From assembly GCA_034520945.1 (NCBI GenBank), contig JAXHNB010000002.1, positions 352,001 to 416,000 of the forward strand: a stretch of 64,000 nt of DNA, in the 5' to 3' direction. The notes under the pieces were generated by a model. That model made no database searches, had not been told where the DNA came from, and was given only the letters and a program-made list of their open reading frames with translations. Positions within the stretch are counted from its first letter, which is position 1, and each line of letters starts with the position of its first letter. Origin of the DNA: Trueperaceae bacterium. GTDB lineage: Bacteria > Deinococcota > Deinococci > Deinococcales > Trueperaceae. Positions 44,862-54,669 of the stretch are shown in pieces. Both the position numbers and the translations under genes were made by a program.

Positions 44862-45452
44862 TCACTCCTCCTTGGAGACGACGGCGATCTGGTCGTCGAA
44901 GTGCTTGGAGATCCGCCCGCTGATCTGCGTCCCGAACTGGCGCAGCATCCACAGTTCGGGGATGATCTCGGTGACCAGCTCGCCCCCGTCGAAGATCCGC
45001 ACCATCGAGCTCTCCGACAGCACCACCGCGACCGCCCGCGTGTGCGCGCTGATGGAGGCGGCGGCCATGTGCCGGCTGCCGAGCCCCAGGGGCAGCTCGA
45101 TCCCCTCGGCGCTGGAGGACAGGAAGCGGCAGGCGGCCACCGCCACGCCCGCGTCGGACACCACGAAGGCGCCGTCGAGTTGGGCCAGCTCCTTCAAGGT
45201 CTCCCGCACGTTGGGGTCCTCGACGCGCTTGTCCTCGTCGGGGTGACCCGCCAGCGGGTCCAGGATCAAGGGGCGCGATCGTGCCAGCACCGCGGCGTGA
45301 TCGCCGACGGTGAACAGGGTGCCGATCTTGCGTCCTTCGCGGCCCTCCCGGGCCAGCTCCAGCGTGATCAGCGTCACCTGCTGCAATACCTGCGGGTCGC
45401 AGCTGCGCTTGGCGAGGTAGGCGTCGTCGAACAGCGCAACGTCACGAAACAT
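44862..45452 (-). CDS. Stand-alone diadenylate cyclase (DisA_N/DAC domain) protein
   Basis: EGREGRKIGTLF, LAQLDGAFVV, GLGSRHMAAASIS, VLSES. Confidence 0.85.
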   Translation of the reverse strand: MFRDVALFDDAYLAKRSCDPQVLQQVTLITLELAREGREGRKIGTLFTVGDHAAVLARSRPLILDPLAGHPDEDKRVEDPNVRETLKELAQLDGAFVVSDAGVAVAACRFLSSSAEGIELPLGLGSRHMAAASISAHTRAVAVVLSESSMVRIFDGGELVTEIIPELWMLRQFGTQISGRISKHFDDQIAVVSKEE

Positions 45453-45552
45453 CAGCGACGGACCTGGGGGCGGGGCACGAGGCGGCGCATGTCCCGAGCC
45501 TAGCGTGCCGACGCGACGCGCGCGAATCGGAGGCCGCTGCTACAGTCTCGGC

Positions 45553-46926
45553 ATGAGCCTCACCTCGCCACGAATCACCGTGATCGGTGCCGGGATGGCC
45601 GGTTCGGACGCGGCGCTGGCCGCGTCGCGCCTGGGCGTCCACGTCGACCTGTACGAGATGCGGCCGACGCGGACCACACCGGCGCACGCCACCGACCGCT
45701 TCGCGGAGATGGTGTGCAGCAACAGCCTCGGCGGCGAAGCCGAGACCAACGCCAAGGGCCTGATGCAGGCCGAGATGCGGGCGGCCGGCGGCGCGATCAT
45801 TGGGGCCGCCAACGCGTCGCGCGTGCCGGCCGGTGGGGCGCTGGCCGTGGACCGGGCCGCCTTGGCGGAGGCGGTCACCGACCGGATTCAGGCCGATCCC
45901 CGCATCACCGTCCACCGCGAGGAACTCACCGAGCTGCCGGCGGGCGTGGTGGTCCTCGCGACGGGGCCCCTCACCAGCGACGCGCTGGCGGATGCGGTTC
46001 GGCGCCACGTGGGCGAGGACTTCCTGGGGTTCTACGACGCCGCCTCCCCGATCGTGGACGTGGAGTCCATCGATCACGACGTCGTGTACCGCAAGGGACG
46101 CTACGATCAGGCGGCCGACTACCTGAACGTGCCGTTGCGCCGCGAGGACTACGACCGGCTGTACCAGGGCCTGCGCGACGCGCGTCAGCACACGCCGCAC
46201 GACTGGGAGAAGCTGGAGTTCTTCCAGGGCTGCATGCCGATCGAGGAGCTGGCGCGGCGCGGCTACGACACGCCCCGCTTCGGGCCGCTGAAGCCGGTCG
46301 GCCTGGAGCATCCCGACACGGGCGAACGCTTCTTCGCCGTGGTGCAGCTGCGGCAGGAGGACGCCGCGGGACGCATGTGGTCGTTGGTCGGCTTCCAGAC
46401 CGGCCTGAAGTGGGGCGACCAGAAGGACCTGGTGCGCAGCCTGCCGGGGCTCGCCAAGGCGGACGTGGTCCGCTACGGCGTGATGCACCGCAACACCTAC
46501 CTGAACGCGCCGCGGCTGTTGGCGCCCGACCTGTCGTTGCGGGGCGACCCCGACGTGTTCGTGGCGGGCGTGCTGGCCGGCACCGAAGGCTACCTGGAGT
46601 CGTCCGCCACCGGCTGGCTGGCCGGCGTCAACGCCGCCCGCCGCGCGCGGGGCGAACCTTCGGTGCACCCGCCCGAGGACACCATGCTGGGCGGGCTGGT
46701 CCAGTTCCTCTCCGGCGCCAACCCTGATGGCTTCCAACCGATGAACGCCAACTGGGGGCTGGTGCCGAACGCGCCCAAGAAGGACGCGCAGGGGCGGCGG
46801 ATGGGCAAGAAGGATCGCCGCGCCCACATGTACCGGCGCGGCCTCGCCTCCTTCGAAGCGTGGTTGGCGGCCCGCGAGCTGCCATCCCAGGCCGCACCGG
46901 CGCCGGCCCCCGCCGCCCCGCTATGA
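45553..46926 (+). CDS. trmFO: tRNA m5U54 methyltransferase TrmFO
   Basis: GAGMAG, VCSNS, FYDAASP, GVMHRN, EGYLES, FQPMN. Confidence 0.97.
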   Translation: MSLTSPRITVIGAGMAGSDAALAASRLGVHVDLYEMRPTRTTPAHATDRFAEMVCSNSLGGEAETNAKGLMQAEMRAAGGAIIGAANASRVPAGGALAVDRAALAEAVTDRIQADPRITVHREELTELPAGVVVLATGPLTSDALADAVRRHVGEDFLGFYDAASPIVDVESIDHDVVYRKGRYDQAADYLNVPLRREDYDRLYQGLRDARQHTPHDWEKLEFFQGCMPIEELARRGYDTPRFGPLKPVGLEHPDTGERFFAVVQLRQEDAAGRMWSLVGFQTGLKWGDQKDLVRSLPGLAKADVVRYGVMHRNTYLNAPRLLAPDLSLRGDPDVFVAGVLAGTEGYLESSATGWLAGVNAARRARGEPSVHPPEDTMLGGLVQFLSGANPDGFQPMNANWGLVPNAPKKDAQGRRMGKKDRRAHMYRRGLASFEAWLAARELPSQAAPAPAPAAPL

Positions 46927-46933
46927 TGCCGTC

Positions 46934-47965
46934 ATGCGCGTCATCGATCTGAGAAGCGACACCCTCACCGTGCCCGACCGCGCCATGCGCCGCGCCATGG
47001 CGAAGGCCGAGGTCGGCGACGACGTCTACGGCGAAGACCCCACCGTGAACCAGCTGCAGGACGAACTGGCCGAACGGGCCGGCATGGAGGCGGGCCTGTT
47101 CTTCCCGACCGGCTCGATGAGCAACCAGGCGGCGCTGGCGGCGCACACGCGGCGGGGCGCCGAGGTGATCGCGCCCGAGGGGGCGCACGTCTACGAGTAC
47201 GAGCTGGGGGCGATGTCGGCCCTGTCCGGCCTCACGCCGCGGCTCCTGCCCGCGCCCTACGGCGTGCCCAACGTGGACGATCTGCGCGCCGCCGTGCACA
47301 CGGGCGGCCACCAGGCGCCGAGTGGGCTGGTGGTGTTGGAGAACACGCACAACCGCGCCGGCGGGACGGTGCTGCCGCTGGACCGCCAGGCCGAGCTGAT
47401 CGCCGCGGCGCGGGAGGCCGGGCTTCCCGTGCACCTCGACGGCGCGCGGGCGTTCAATGCCGCCGCCGCCCTCGGCGCCGGCATCGACGAGGTGTGCCGC
47501 GGCGTCGACACGGCGTCGTTGTGCCTCAGCAAGGGCCTCGGCGCGCCCGTCGGCACGGTGCTGGTCGGCCGCCGCGAGGTGATCATGGAGGCGCACCGCT
47601 ACCGCAAGATGTTCGGCGGCGGCATGCGGCAGGCGGGCGTGCTGGCCGCGGCCGGCCTGCACGCGCTCCGGCACAACGTGAGCCGGCTGGCGGACGATCA
47701 CGCCCGCGCGCAGACCCTGGCGGAGGGCCTGGCCGGGTTGCCCGGGGTCGACGTCGACCTGGAGGCGGTGCAGACCAACATGGTGTACCTCCGCGTCGCC
47801 GGGGCGCGACCTCTCGTGGCGGAGCTCGCGGAGCACGGCGTTCGCGCGGGCGCCACCGGGCCCAATACCATCCGGATGGTGACGCACCTCCACGTACGGG
47901 ACGAGGACGTTCGGCGCGCGCTGCGCATCGTGACCGAGCGGGTCGCGCAGCGGCGCGCCGCCTGA
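46934..47965 (+). CDS. ltaE: Low-specificity L-threonine aldolase
   Basis: DLRSDT, ENTHN, HLDGAR, CLSKGLGAPVG. Confidence 0.94.
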   Translation: MRVIDLRSDTLTVPDRAMRRAMAKAEVGDDVYGEDPTVNQLQDELAERAGMEAGLFFPTGSMSNQAALAAHTRRGAEVIAPEGAHVYEYELGAMSALSGLTPRLLPAPYGVPNVDDLRAAVHTGGHQAPSGLVVLENTHNRAGGTVLPLDRQAELIAAAREAGLPVHLDGARAFNAAAALGAGIDEVCRGVDTASLCLSKGLGAPVGTVLVGRREVIMEAHRYRKMFGGGMRQAGVLAAAGLHALRHNVSRLADDHARAQTLAEGLAGLPGVDVDLEAVQTNMVYLRVAGARPLVAELAEHGVRAGATGPNTIRMVTHLHVRDEDVRRALRIVTERVAQRRAA

Positions 47966-48859
47966 GTGCACCGCGCCGTCCTGCTGGGGCACCCCGTCGG
48001 GCACAGCCTCAGCCCGGCGATGCACGACGCGGCCTTCGCGGCGGCGGGGCTGGAGGCGCGCTACGAGGCGTGGGACGTGCCCCCGGACGCGCTCGCCGCC
48101 GCGGTGGGCCGCCTCCGCGCTGGCGAGGTGCTGGGCGCCAACGTGACCGTGCCCCACAAGACGGCCGTGATGGCGCATCTGGACCAGGTCAGCGAGCGGG
48201 CCCGCGCCATCGGGGCGGTGAACGTGATCCGACCCGTGGGCGGCGGCCTGCACGGCGACAACAGCGACGCGGAGGGGTTCCTGAGGTCGCTGCGCGAGGC
48301 CGGGCACGACCCAGGGGGTCGTCGTGTGGTGCTGCTGGGGGCGGGGGGCGCGGCCCGGTCCGTGGCGTGGGGCCTGATCGACGCGGGCGTGGTGGAGCTG
48401 GGGATCGTGAACCGCTCCCCGGACGCGGCCGAGGCGTTGGCTGCGGCGCTTCGGGCGCGGGCCGGGGAACGGATGCGGCTGTGGACGGCGGGACGCGAGG
48501 CGTGGGCGCGCGGCGTGCGCGCCGAGTGGTGGATCAACGCCACCTCGGTCGGGATGCTTCGTGGCGGGGTCGATCCGGACGAGAGCCCCGTGCCGGCGTC
48601 GGCCTGGTCGGAGGTGGTGACCCGACACGCCGAGGAGGGATGGCCCGAGGCGCCTCTGGCCGTCGACCTGGTGTACCGCCCCCGCGACACCCGCTTCCTT
48701 CGCGACGCCCGGGCGGCGGGCGTGGCGACGTTGTCGGGGCTGGGCATGCTGCTGCACCAAGGCGCGGTCGCGTTCGAGGCGTGGACCGGCCGTGCCGCGC
48801 CGCTCGCCGCGATGCGGACCGCCCTCGAGGCGGCTTTGGCGGGGGAGCGCGCGGGGTGA
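47966..48859 (+). CDS. aroE: Shikimate dehydrogenase
   Basis: HSLSPAMH, NVTVPHK, GAGGAAR, MLLHQG. Confidence 0.95.
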   Translation: MHRAVLLGHPVGHSLSPAMHDAAFAAAGLEARYEAWDVPPDALAAAVGRLRAGEVLGANVTVPHKTAVMAHLDQVSERARAIGAVNVIRPVGGGLHGDNSDAEGFLRSLREAGHDPGGRRVVLLGAGGAARSVAWGLIDAGVVELGIVNRSPDAAEALAAALRARAGERMRLWTAGREAWARGVRAEWWINATSVGMLRGGVDPDESPVPASAWSEVVTRHAEEGWPEAPLAVDLVYRPRDTRFLRDARAAGVATLSGLGMLLHQGAVAFEAWTGRAAPLAAMRTALEAALAGERAG

Positions 48860-48911
48860 GGGGCCGGCGGTGCGTGGACCCGCGCGGGCGGGGCCCGGCG
48901 GCGGGGCGGAC

Positions 48912-49844
48912 GTGAACGCCCCCGGCCGGGTGGCGATCCTGGCGGACGTCCACGGCAACCTGGCTGCTTTGGAGGCGGTCGTGGAGGACGTCCGGGCGGT
49001 CGACGCGGACCGCGTGATCGTCAACGGCGACATGGTGAACCGAGGGCCGGACGGCGTGGCGGTGCTGGAGCGGCTGGACGCGCTTGCGTGGCCGATGACG
49101 CTCGGCAATCACGACGACCTGATGCGCATGTGGGTGACGCGCGACCCGGCCCTGCCGCCGGCGTGGTTCGACCATCCGTATTGGCGCGCCACACAGTGGT
49201 GCGCCGAACGGCTGCATGCCGCCGGCTGGCTGCCGCGCCTGACCGCGCTGCCCATGACCCTCACCGTCGCCGCCGAGGGGGCCGACACGGTGCTGGTGTC
49301 ACACGGCAGCCCCCGGCACTACCGCGAAGGGTACGGCGAGTTGCTGGACGACGCCACCCTCGGCGACATCGTCCGGACCGTCGAGGCGGAGGTGCTGGTC
49401 GGTTCGCACACGCACCGGCCGTTGCTGCGGCGGTTCGGCCGGCGGACGTTTTTGAACAGCGGTGCGGTCGGTACCCCGTTCAATGCCGACCCGCGGGCGC
49501 AGTACCTGGTGCTGCACCGGGACGGGCGTCGCTGGCGTCCGGAGTTCCGGCGCGTGTCGTACGACCGCCACGCGGCGTTCCGTGCCTTCCACGACAGCGG
49601 GTACCTGGACGAGGGCGGCCCCAGCGCGCGCATCTTCCTATTGGAGCTCGCCACGGCGCAGAGCCTGCTGGTGCCCTACCAGGCGTGGGCCGCGCGCAGG
49701 GATCTTCCCGAAGGTCCGGACTCCTGGACGGCGTACGTGCAGGCGCACCCCGAGCGGTTCGTGGCGCCCGACCCAGCCGGCGCCGAACTGCTGGACCGGA
49801 TCGGCGGGCCGCCCCAGGTAGAGCCTCCCGAGGGGCAGGCGTGA
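48912..49844 (+). CDS. Metallophosphoesterase
   Basis: DVHGN, GDMV, GNHD, HGSP, HTH. Confidence 0.9.
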   Translation: MNAPGRVAILADVHGNLAALEAVVEDVRAVDADRVIVNGDMVNRGPDGVAVLERLDALAWPMTLGNHDDLMRMWVTRDPALPPAWFDHPYWRATQWCAERLHAAGWLPRLTALPMTLTVAAEGADTVLVSHGSPRHYREGYGELLDDATLGDIVRTVEAEVLVGSHTHRPLLRRFGRRTFLNSGAVGTPFNADPRAQYLVLHRDGRRWRPEFRRVSYDRHAAFRAFHDSGYLDEGGPSARIFLLELATAQSLLVPYQAWAARRDLPEGPDSWTAYVQAHPERFVAPDPAGAELLDRIGGPPQVEPPEGQA

Positions 49845-49888
49845 GGCAAGGGCGTTCGGGGCGGGCCTGACGGCCGCGCCGGGCGAAC

Positions 49889-51454
49889 TCAGTGGCCCGT
49901 GCGCTCGACCCGCCACGCCCCTTCCCGGACGGGCGTGAGGCGCAGGCCGTCCGGCGGGTCGTCGGAGATGTCCCGCAGCAGATCGCCTGCCGTCTCGGGG
50001 TCCAGGTCGAAGCGTGACGCCACCATCTCGGTCTTGGCGATGAGCGGCATGTCGGGGCTGGACAGAAACCGGAGCATGCGCGTTCGCAGATCGCCCGCCA
50101 AGAATCGCTCGGCGCGGCTCGGCACGGAGCTCCCGTCGTCCTGCCACTGCGCCGCGCGTTCGGCGGCCACGTCGACGTCGTCGGGGGACGGCGAGGGGTC
50201 GGCCGGTTCGTCGGGCGTGTCGTCGCTCACATCGGGTCCGGCGGGCGGCGTCACCTCGGGCGGCGTCTCCGCCTCGGGTCGAGCGGGCGGTGTCGCTGGG
50301 CGACCGGGTGCCGTCGTGGTATCGGCGTCGGCGTCGGCGTCGGTCGGGGTGGCCCGTGCCGGCTCCGCACGGCGCGGATCGCGGGTGTCGGCCGCGCGGG
50401 CGCGCACGCGCTCGGGTTGCGCCTGTTCCCGCACGCGCACGGCGGGCGGCGGGGGTCCGTACGCATCGGTGCCGGGCGCGTCCGTCTCGGCCGGAACGTC
50501 GCCCATTGGGGCGCGGCGGGCCTCCTGGCGGTCCTCGGCGCGCTGCGACCGGTCGAACGGCGCCGCGGACGGCGCGTCCGGCAGCAGGTCGTCGCTGGCC
50601 GGGTCGCCGAGGGGGTCGTCCCCCGGCTCGCGGTCGTTCCAGGCCTGCGTCCAGTCGGGGGCGCGACGGGGGGCGGCGTCGGTGGGCGCCGGGCGGCCTG
50701 GGGCGTCGCCGCTGCCGAACCACCCTTGCACGGTCCGGACCATGCCGCCGAACAGGCCCGCCCGATGGTCTTCGCGCCCGCGCGGGGGGGACGTGTCGTT
50801 GCTCGCGCCGGAGGGGCTTCGGGGGCCGCCCTCCGCCAGGGGTTTCACCTTCACCCGTGGCGCCCGTGGCGCGTCGTCGGGCAGATCCGCGCCGTGGCCG
50901 CCCGCACCGGCGACGCCGTCGTCCGGGGGGCCGGCGAGGTCCGCTGGGTCGGTGGCGTCCAGCGGCGTGGGGCCGGGGGATCCGGCGTCAGGGACGGCCT
51001 CGCCGGCCGGCGCCCGCTCGTCGCGCGGGACTTCGTCGTGGGCCTGCGGCGGTCGCTCGGGGTCGGCGACCTGCCGGCGAGCGTCCTCGTCGGGCAGGCG
51101 GTGGCTGGCCCAGGTGCTGGGGGTGACCTTCGGCCGCGCCCGGCGGGGTCGCTTGTGCAGGCCGAGCCGCACGGTGTCACCGTCGACCTCGAGGATGACG
51201 GCGTCGTTGACCTGCACCTCGTTCGCTTCGAAGAGCGGTCCCAGCCCGGCCAAGCGGCGGGGCGGTTCGGACCACAACACCAGCGCTTCGGCGCTTTCCA
51301 GCTCGTGCGCCAGCAATTCCCCTTCGGGGAGGCGACCCGCCAGCGCGAACGGCAGTTGCACGCTGCCGGTGCGGAGGCACAGGCGCGTCACGTTGATGGT
51401 GTGTCGTTCGGCCGCTGCGGGCGGGCCCTTTCTGCGCTTCGGGTCTCGGTCCAC
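49889..51454 (-). CDS. Hypothetical protein: two small folded ends joined by a Pro/Asp-rich disordered linker
   Basis: AGGGAGG RBS, GTG start, composition. Confidence 0.7.
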   Translation of the reverse strand: MDRDPKRRKGPPAAAERHTINVTRLCLRTGSVQLPFALAGRLPEGELLAHELESAEALVLWSEPPRRLAGLGPLFEANEVQVNDAVILEVDGDTVRLGLHKRPRRARPKVTPSTWASHRLPDEDARRQVADPERPPQAHDEVPRDERAPAGEAVPDAGSPGPTPLDATDPADLAGPPDDGVAGAGGHGADLPDDAPRAPRVKVKPLAEGGPRSPSGASNDTSPPRGREDHRAGLFGGMVRTVQGWFGSGDAPGRPAPTDAAPRRAPDWTQAWNDREPGDDPLGDPASDDLLPDAPSAAPFDRSQRAEDRQEARRAPMGDVPAETDAPGTDAYGPPPPAVRVREQAQPERVRARAADTRDPRRAEPARATPTDADADADTTTAPGRPATPPARPEAETPPEVTPPAGPDVSDDTPDEPADPSPSPDDVDVAAERAAQWQDDGSSVPSRAERFLAGDLRTRMLRFLSSPDMPLIAKTEMVASRFDLDPETAGDLLRDISDDPPDGLRLTPVREGAWRVERTGH

Positions 51455-51551
51455 GGGCGAACCCCTCCCTACGCTGGAACGTGTCCGAGTCTAGCAGGCG
51501 GCCCGGTGTTTCTTCGGCGTGAGCGGCGACGCGGAACGGCGGCGCAGCGGC

Positions 51552-51986
51552 TCAGCGTCGCGTCGCGGCGACCGCGCCGAGCAGGATCGTGATCAGGACG
51601 AAGGCGCTCAGCGACAGTACGGGAATGGTCACCCAGCCGAACCATTCGATGTAGGCGGCGTTGCAGGGGACGCCGCTGCGGCAGGTGCTCGCGAAGCCGA
51701 AGTCGGGGATCTTCTGCACCAGCACGTGGTAGGCGGCGATGAGGCCGCCCAGGGTCGTCAGCGGCAGTGCGTAGCGAATGATGCTCACGTCGCCGCGCCA
51801 CGCCGCGATGCCCAACTGGATCGCCAGCGGGTACATCAGGATCCGCTGGTACCAGCAGAGCGTGCACGGCACGAACCCACGCACCTCGCTGAACCACAGG
51901 CTGCCGAGGGTGGCCACGAGCGACACCAGCCAGGCCAGGTACAGCACCATGGCGGTGCGCCCCGCGCCGGTGTCGTGTCGGGTCAC
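51552..51986 (-). CDS. Disulfide bond formation protein, DsbB/BdbC family
   Basis: [10 protein letters not shown], second Cys pair, 4 TM helices. Confidence 0.93.
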   Translation of the reverse strand: MTRHDTGAGRTAMVLYLAWLVSLVATLGSLWFSEVRGFVPCTLCWYQRILMYPLAIQLGIAAWRGDVSIIRYALPLTTLGGLIAAYHVLVQKIPDFGFASTCRSGVPCNAAYIEWFGWVTIPVLSLSAFVLITILLGAVAATRR

Positions 51987-52603
51987 TCCAGTGCCGCGTC
52001 GAGGGCCCGCGACAGCCCTTCGTAGGTGGCGTCGACCTCCTCGCCGTTCAGCAGCACGCTGGGCGTGCCGCCGAGGCCGAGCTCCTGGGCATGGTCCTGG
52101 TCGGCCTGCACGGCGTCCATTCGTTCGTCGTTCGCCGCGCAGGACCGCAGTGCCTCGCCGTCGATCCCGTCGGCGTACTCGAGGGCCAGCTCGATGGCGC
52201 GCCCTTCGTCCAGGCCGTCCTGCGCGCGGTAGGCGACCTCTTCGAACGCCCAGAAGGCGTCGTTGCCCTGGTCGAACACGCACTCCCCGACGTGGGCGAT
52301 GCGGCGGGCTTCAGGCCCGATCACCACGAAGTTCTTGTAGTAGATCGCCACCCGATCGCCGTACTCGCGTTCGATGCGGGGCACCACGGTTTCGGTGAAG
52401 GTGCCGCAGTGCGGGCACAGGAAGTCTTCGAACAACACCAGCTCCGCCTCGGGGTCGGCGGCCCCCTTGCGGGGTTGGGCGTCCAGGGCCAGGTCGCCGC
52501 CTTCGGCGGAGGCGCCACCCGCCAGGCGGGGGGCGAGGACGAGCGCGACCACGACGACGGCCGCGAGGGCCACGGTGGCGAGGATCATGCGTTGCGGGGT
52601 CAT
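51983..52603 (-). CDS. DsbA/BdbD family thioredoxin-fold oxidoreductase
   Basis: [11 protein letters not shown]-terminal anchor. Confidence 0.92.
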   Translation of the reverse strand: MTPQRMILATVALAAVVVVALVLAPRLAGGASAEGGDLALDAQPRKGAADPEAELVLFEDFLCPHCGTFTETVVPRIEREYGDRVAIYYKNFVVIGPEARRIAHVGECVFDQGNDAFWAFEEVAYRAQDGLDEGRAIELALEYADGIDGEALRSCAANDERMDAVQADQDHAQELGLGGTPSVLLNGEEVDATYEGLSRALDAALE

Positions 52604-52663
52604 GGCGTCATGCTACCGGACGAAGGTGAGACGTGCGAGCCGGGACGCACGAAGTCGGGCGGG

Positions 52664-53233
52664 CTAGAAGCCCGCATGATGGTCGATGCCTTCGTACGCA
52701 TCGACGAAGGTGCGCATGGCGTCGACGTCCGGCTCATCGAAGCGTTGCAGCCGCTGCCAGGCGGTCAGCGTGAACGGGGTTTCCATGTCGGGCCGCGGCG
52801 CGATCACCACCCGGCGATAGCCGCGCGACGCTTGCTCCAACACCGAGATGCGTTCATTGGTCGCCGCTGCGTCCTCGGCGGGCCGGTACCAGAGGATCAC
52901 GCCGCCGTCCTCCATGTTGTGGATCAGGCGTTGGTCGTTCACCTCGTCGCCGGGCTCATACGTGCCCCAGGACGCCAGGTCCGGCGTGTGCGGGCCGGAG
53001 GTGGGTGGGTCGCTGTTGTAGTCGGGCACGTTGGTGCCGAGCGCGATGTGCCGGTTGCCCTGGCTGGCGAATCGTTCGCCGGGAAGGTTGGCGGACTGGA
53101 TGATCTGCAGCGCGATGGGGACGGCGATCAGCGCGACGACGCCGATGCCGCCGAGGATCCAGGGGAGCCGGTTTCCGCGGGCGCGGCCGGGCGCGCGTTT
53201 GCGCTTGCTTCGGTGCTTCTGCGGGTTCGCCAT
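52664..53233 (-). CDS. DUF3105-like protein
   Basis: YNSDPPTSGPH, HNMEDGGVILWY, LTAW. Confidence 0.8.
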   Translation of the reverse strand: MANPQKHRSKRKRAPGRARGNRLPWILGGIGVVALIAVPIALQIIQSANLPGERFASQGNRHIALGTNVPDYNSDPPTSGPHTPDLASWGTYEPGDEVNDQRLIHNMEDGGVILWYRPAEDAAATNERISVLEQASRGYRRVVIAPRPDMETPFTLTAWQRLQRFDEPDVDAMRTFVDAYEGIDHHAGF

Positions 53234-53427
53234 GATGCGAACGAAGATAGCAGGCCGGTGGGTGGAGGTCCGTCAAACGCCGGACCTCCCGCGCCGTCTC
53301 CGCGAGGGAGGTGGCCGGAGCCTTGTCGGGCGCGCGAAGTCCGTAGGGCGCCTCCTCTGCTATCCTCGATGCAGCAGCGGGCGCCACGCCCGCGCTGAAC
53401 GTTCCAGCCCACCTCGAGGGGGTACCC

Positions 53428-54027
53428 ATGGCATTCGAACTTCCTTCCCTTCCCTACGCATTCGACGCGCTCGAACCGCACATCGACGCCCGCACCATGG
53501 AGATCCACCACGGCAAGCACCATGCCGGCTACGCCAGCAAGCTGTCCGCCGCGGTGGAGGGGACCGATCTGGCCGGCAAGGGGATCGAGGAGATCCTTCG
53601 GATGGGCGCTGACCGGCTTCCCACGGCGGTCCGCAACCACGGCGGCGGCTACGCCAACCACAACCTGTTCTGGGAGATCCTGTCGCCGAACGGCGGCGGC
53701 GCGCCGTCCGGGGAGCTCGGCAGCGCGATCGAATCGACCTTCGGTTCGTTCGAGGACTTCAAGAAGACGTTCTCCGACGCGGCGGCCGGCCGTTTCGGCA
53801 GCGGGTGGGCCTGGCTGGTGGTCAAGCCGGGCGGCGCGCTGGCGGTGTACAGCACCCCGAACCAGGACAGCCCCTACATGGACGGGGACGTGCCCATCAT
53901 GGGCCTGGACGTCTGGGAGCACGCCTACTACCTGAACTACCAGAATCGCCGCGCCGACTACATCGCGGCCTTCTGGAACCTCGTGAACTGGCCTGCGGTG
54001 GCCGAGCGGTACGCGGCCGCACGCTGA
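53428..54027 (+). CDS. sodA: Superoxide dismutase (probably Mn)
   Basis: [25 protein letters not shown]. Confidence 0.93.
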   Translation: MAFELPSLPYAFDALEPHIDARTMEIHHGKHHAGYASKLSAAVEGTDLAGKGIEEILRMGADRLPTAVRNHGGGYANHNLFWEILSPNGGGAPSGELGSAIESTFGSFEDFKKTFSDAAAGRFGSGWAWLVVKPGGALAVYSTPNQDSPYMDGDVPIMGLDVWEHAYYLNYQNRRADYIAAFWNLVNWPAVAERYAAAR

Positions 54028-54073
54028 CGCGCCGCCCGCGGCGCGGGCCACGCACCATATGAGCAAAGCCTAG

Positions 54074-54102
54074 ACGGGCACGGGGACGCTCCCCGTGCCC
54101 GT
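54074..54102. terminator. 13-bp perfect hairpin after sod
   Basis: ACGGGCACGGGGA-CGC-TCCCCGTGCCCGT. Confidence 0.7.
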
Positions 54103-54159
54103 TCGCATGGACCTTGGCACCCGGCGCCCCGCACGACGGTCCCCCCCTAGGGTGAGGGC

Positions 54160-54660
54160 ATGGGCGACGCCGCCGAGTCCCGCCTGACCCTCACGTTGTG
54201 CGGGTGCTGCCTGGTGCTGCTCGCCTGGGGCCTCTGGCCCCACCTGCGCGCGCGGCCCCAGGCTCCCGTCACGTCGCACCCGTCGATCACCGTCGCGATC
54301 GAAGGGGCGGTGCGGGCGCCCGGCAGCTACCAACTCCCGTTCGGCGCCCGCGTCGAGGCGCTGATCGATTCCGCCGGCGGGCTCGCGCCCGGCGCCGCGC
54401 GGGAGATGGTCAACCGCGCCGCGCCGCTCTCGGAGGGCGCCGTGGTGGTGGTGCCGGCCCAGCGGACGCCGGACGGCAATGATCGCCTGTCGCTGAACAC
54501 CGCCACCCGCGACGAACTCCGGCGCCTTCCGGGCATCGGCCCGGCGCTGGCCCAGCGGATCGTGGCCCACCGGCCCTTCTACCGCGTGGAGGAGCTGCGG
54601 GAGGTGCCGGGCATCGGCCCCGTCACCCTGGCGCGCCTTCGCCCGCGGGTCACGCCGTAG
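54160..54660 (+). CDS. comEA: Competence DNA-binding protein ComEA
   Basis: SLBB domain (GAVRAPG) plus HhH (LNTA...LPGIGPALA). Confidence 0.92.
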   Translation: MGDAAESRLTLTLCGCCLVLLAWGLWPHLRARPQAPVTSHPSITVAIEGAVRAPGSYQLPFGARVEALIDSAGGLAPGAAREMVNRAAPLSEGAVVVVPAQRTPDGNDRLSLNTATRDELRRLPGIGPALAQRIVAHRPFYRVEELREVPGIGPVTLARLRPRVTP

Positions 54661-54669
54661 GGAGCCCCG

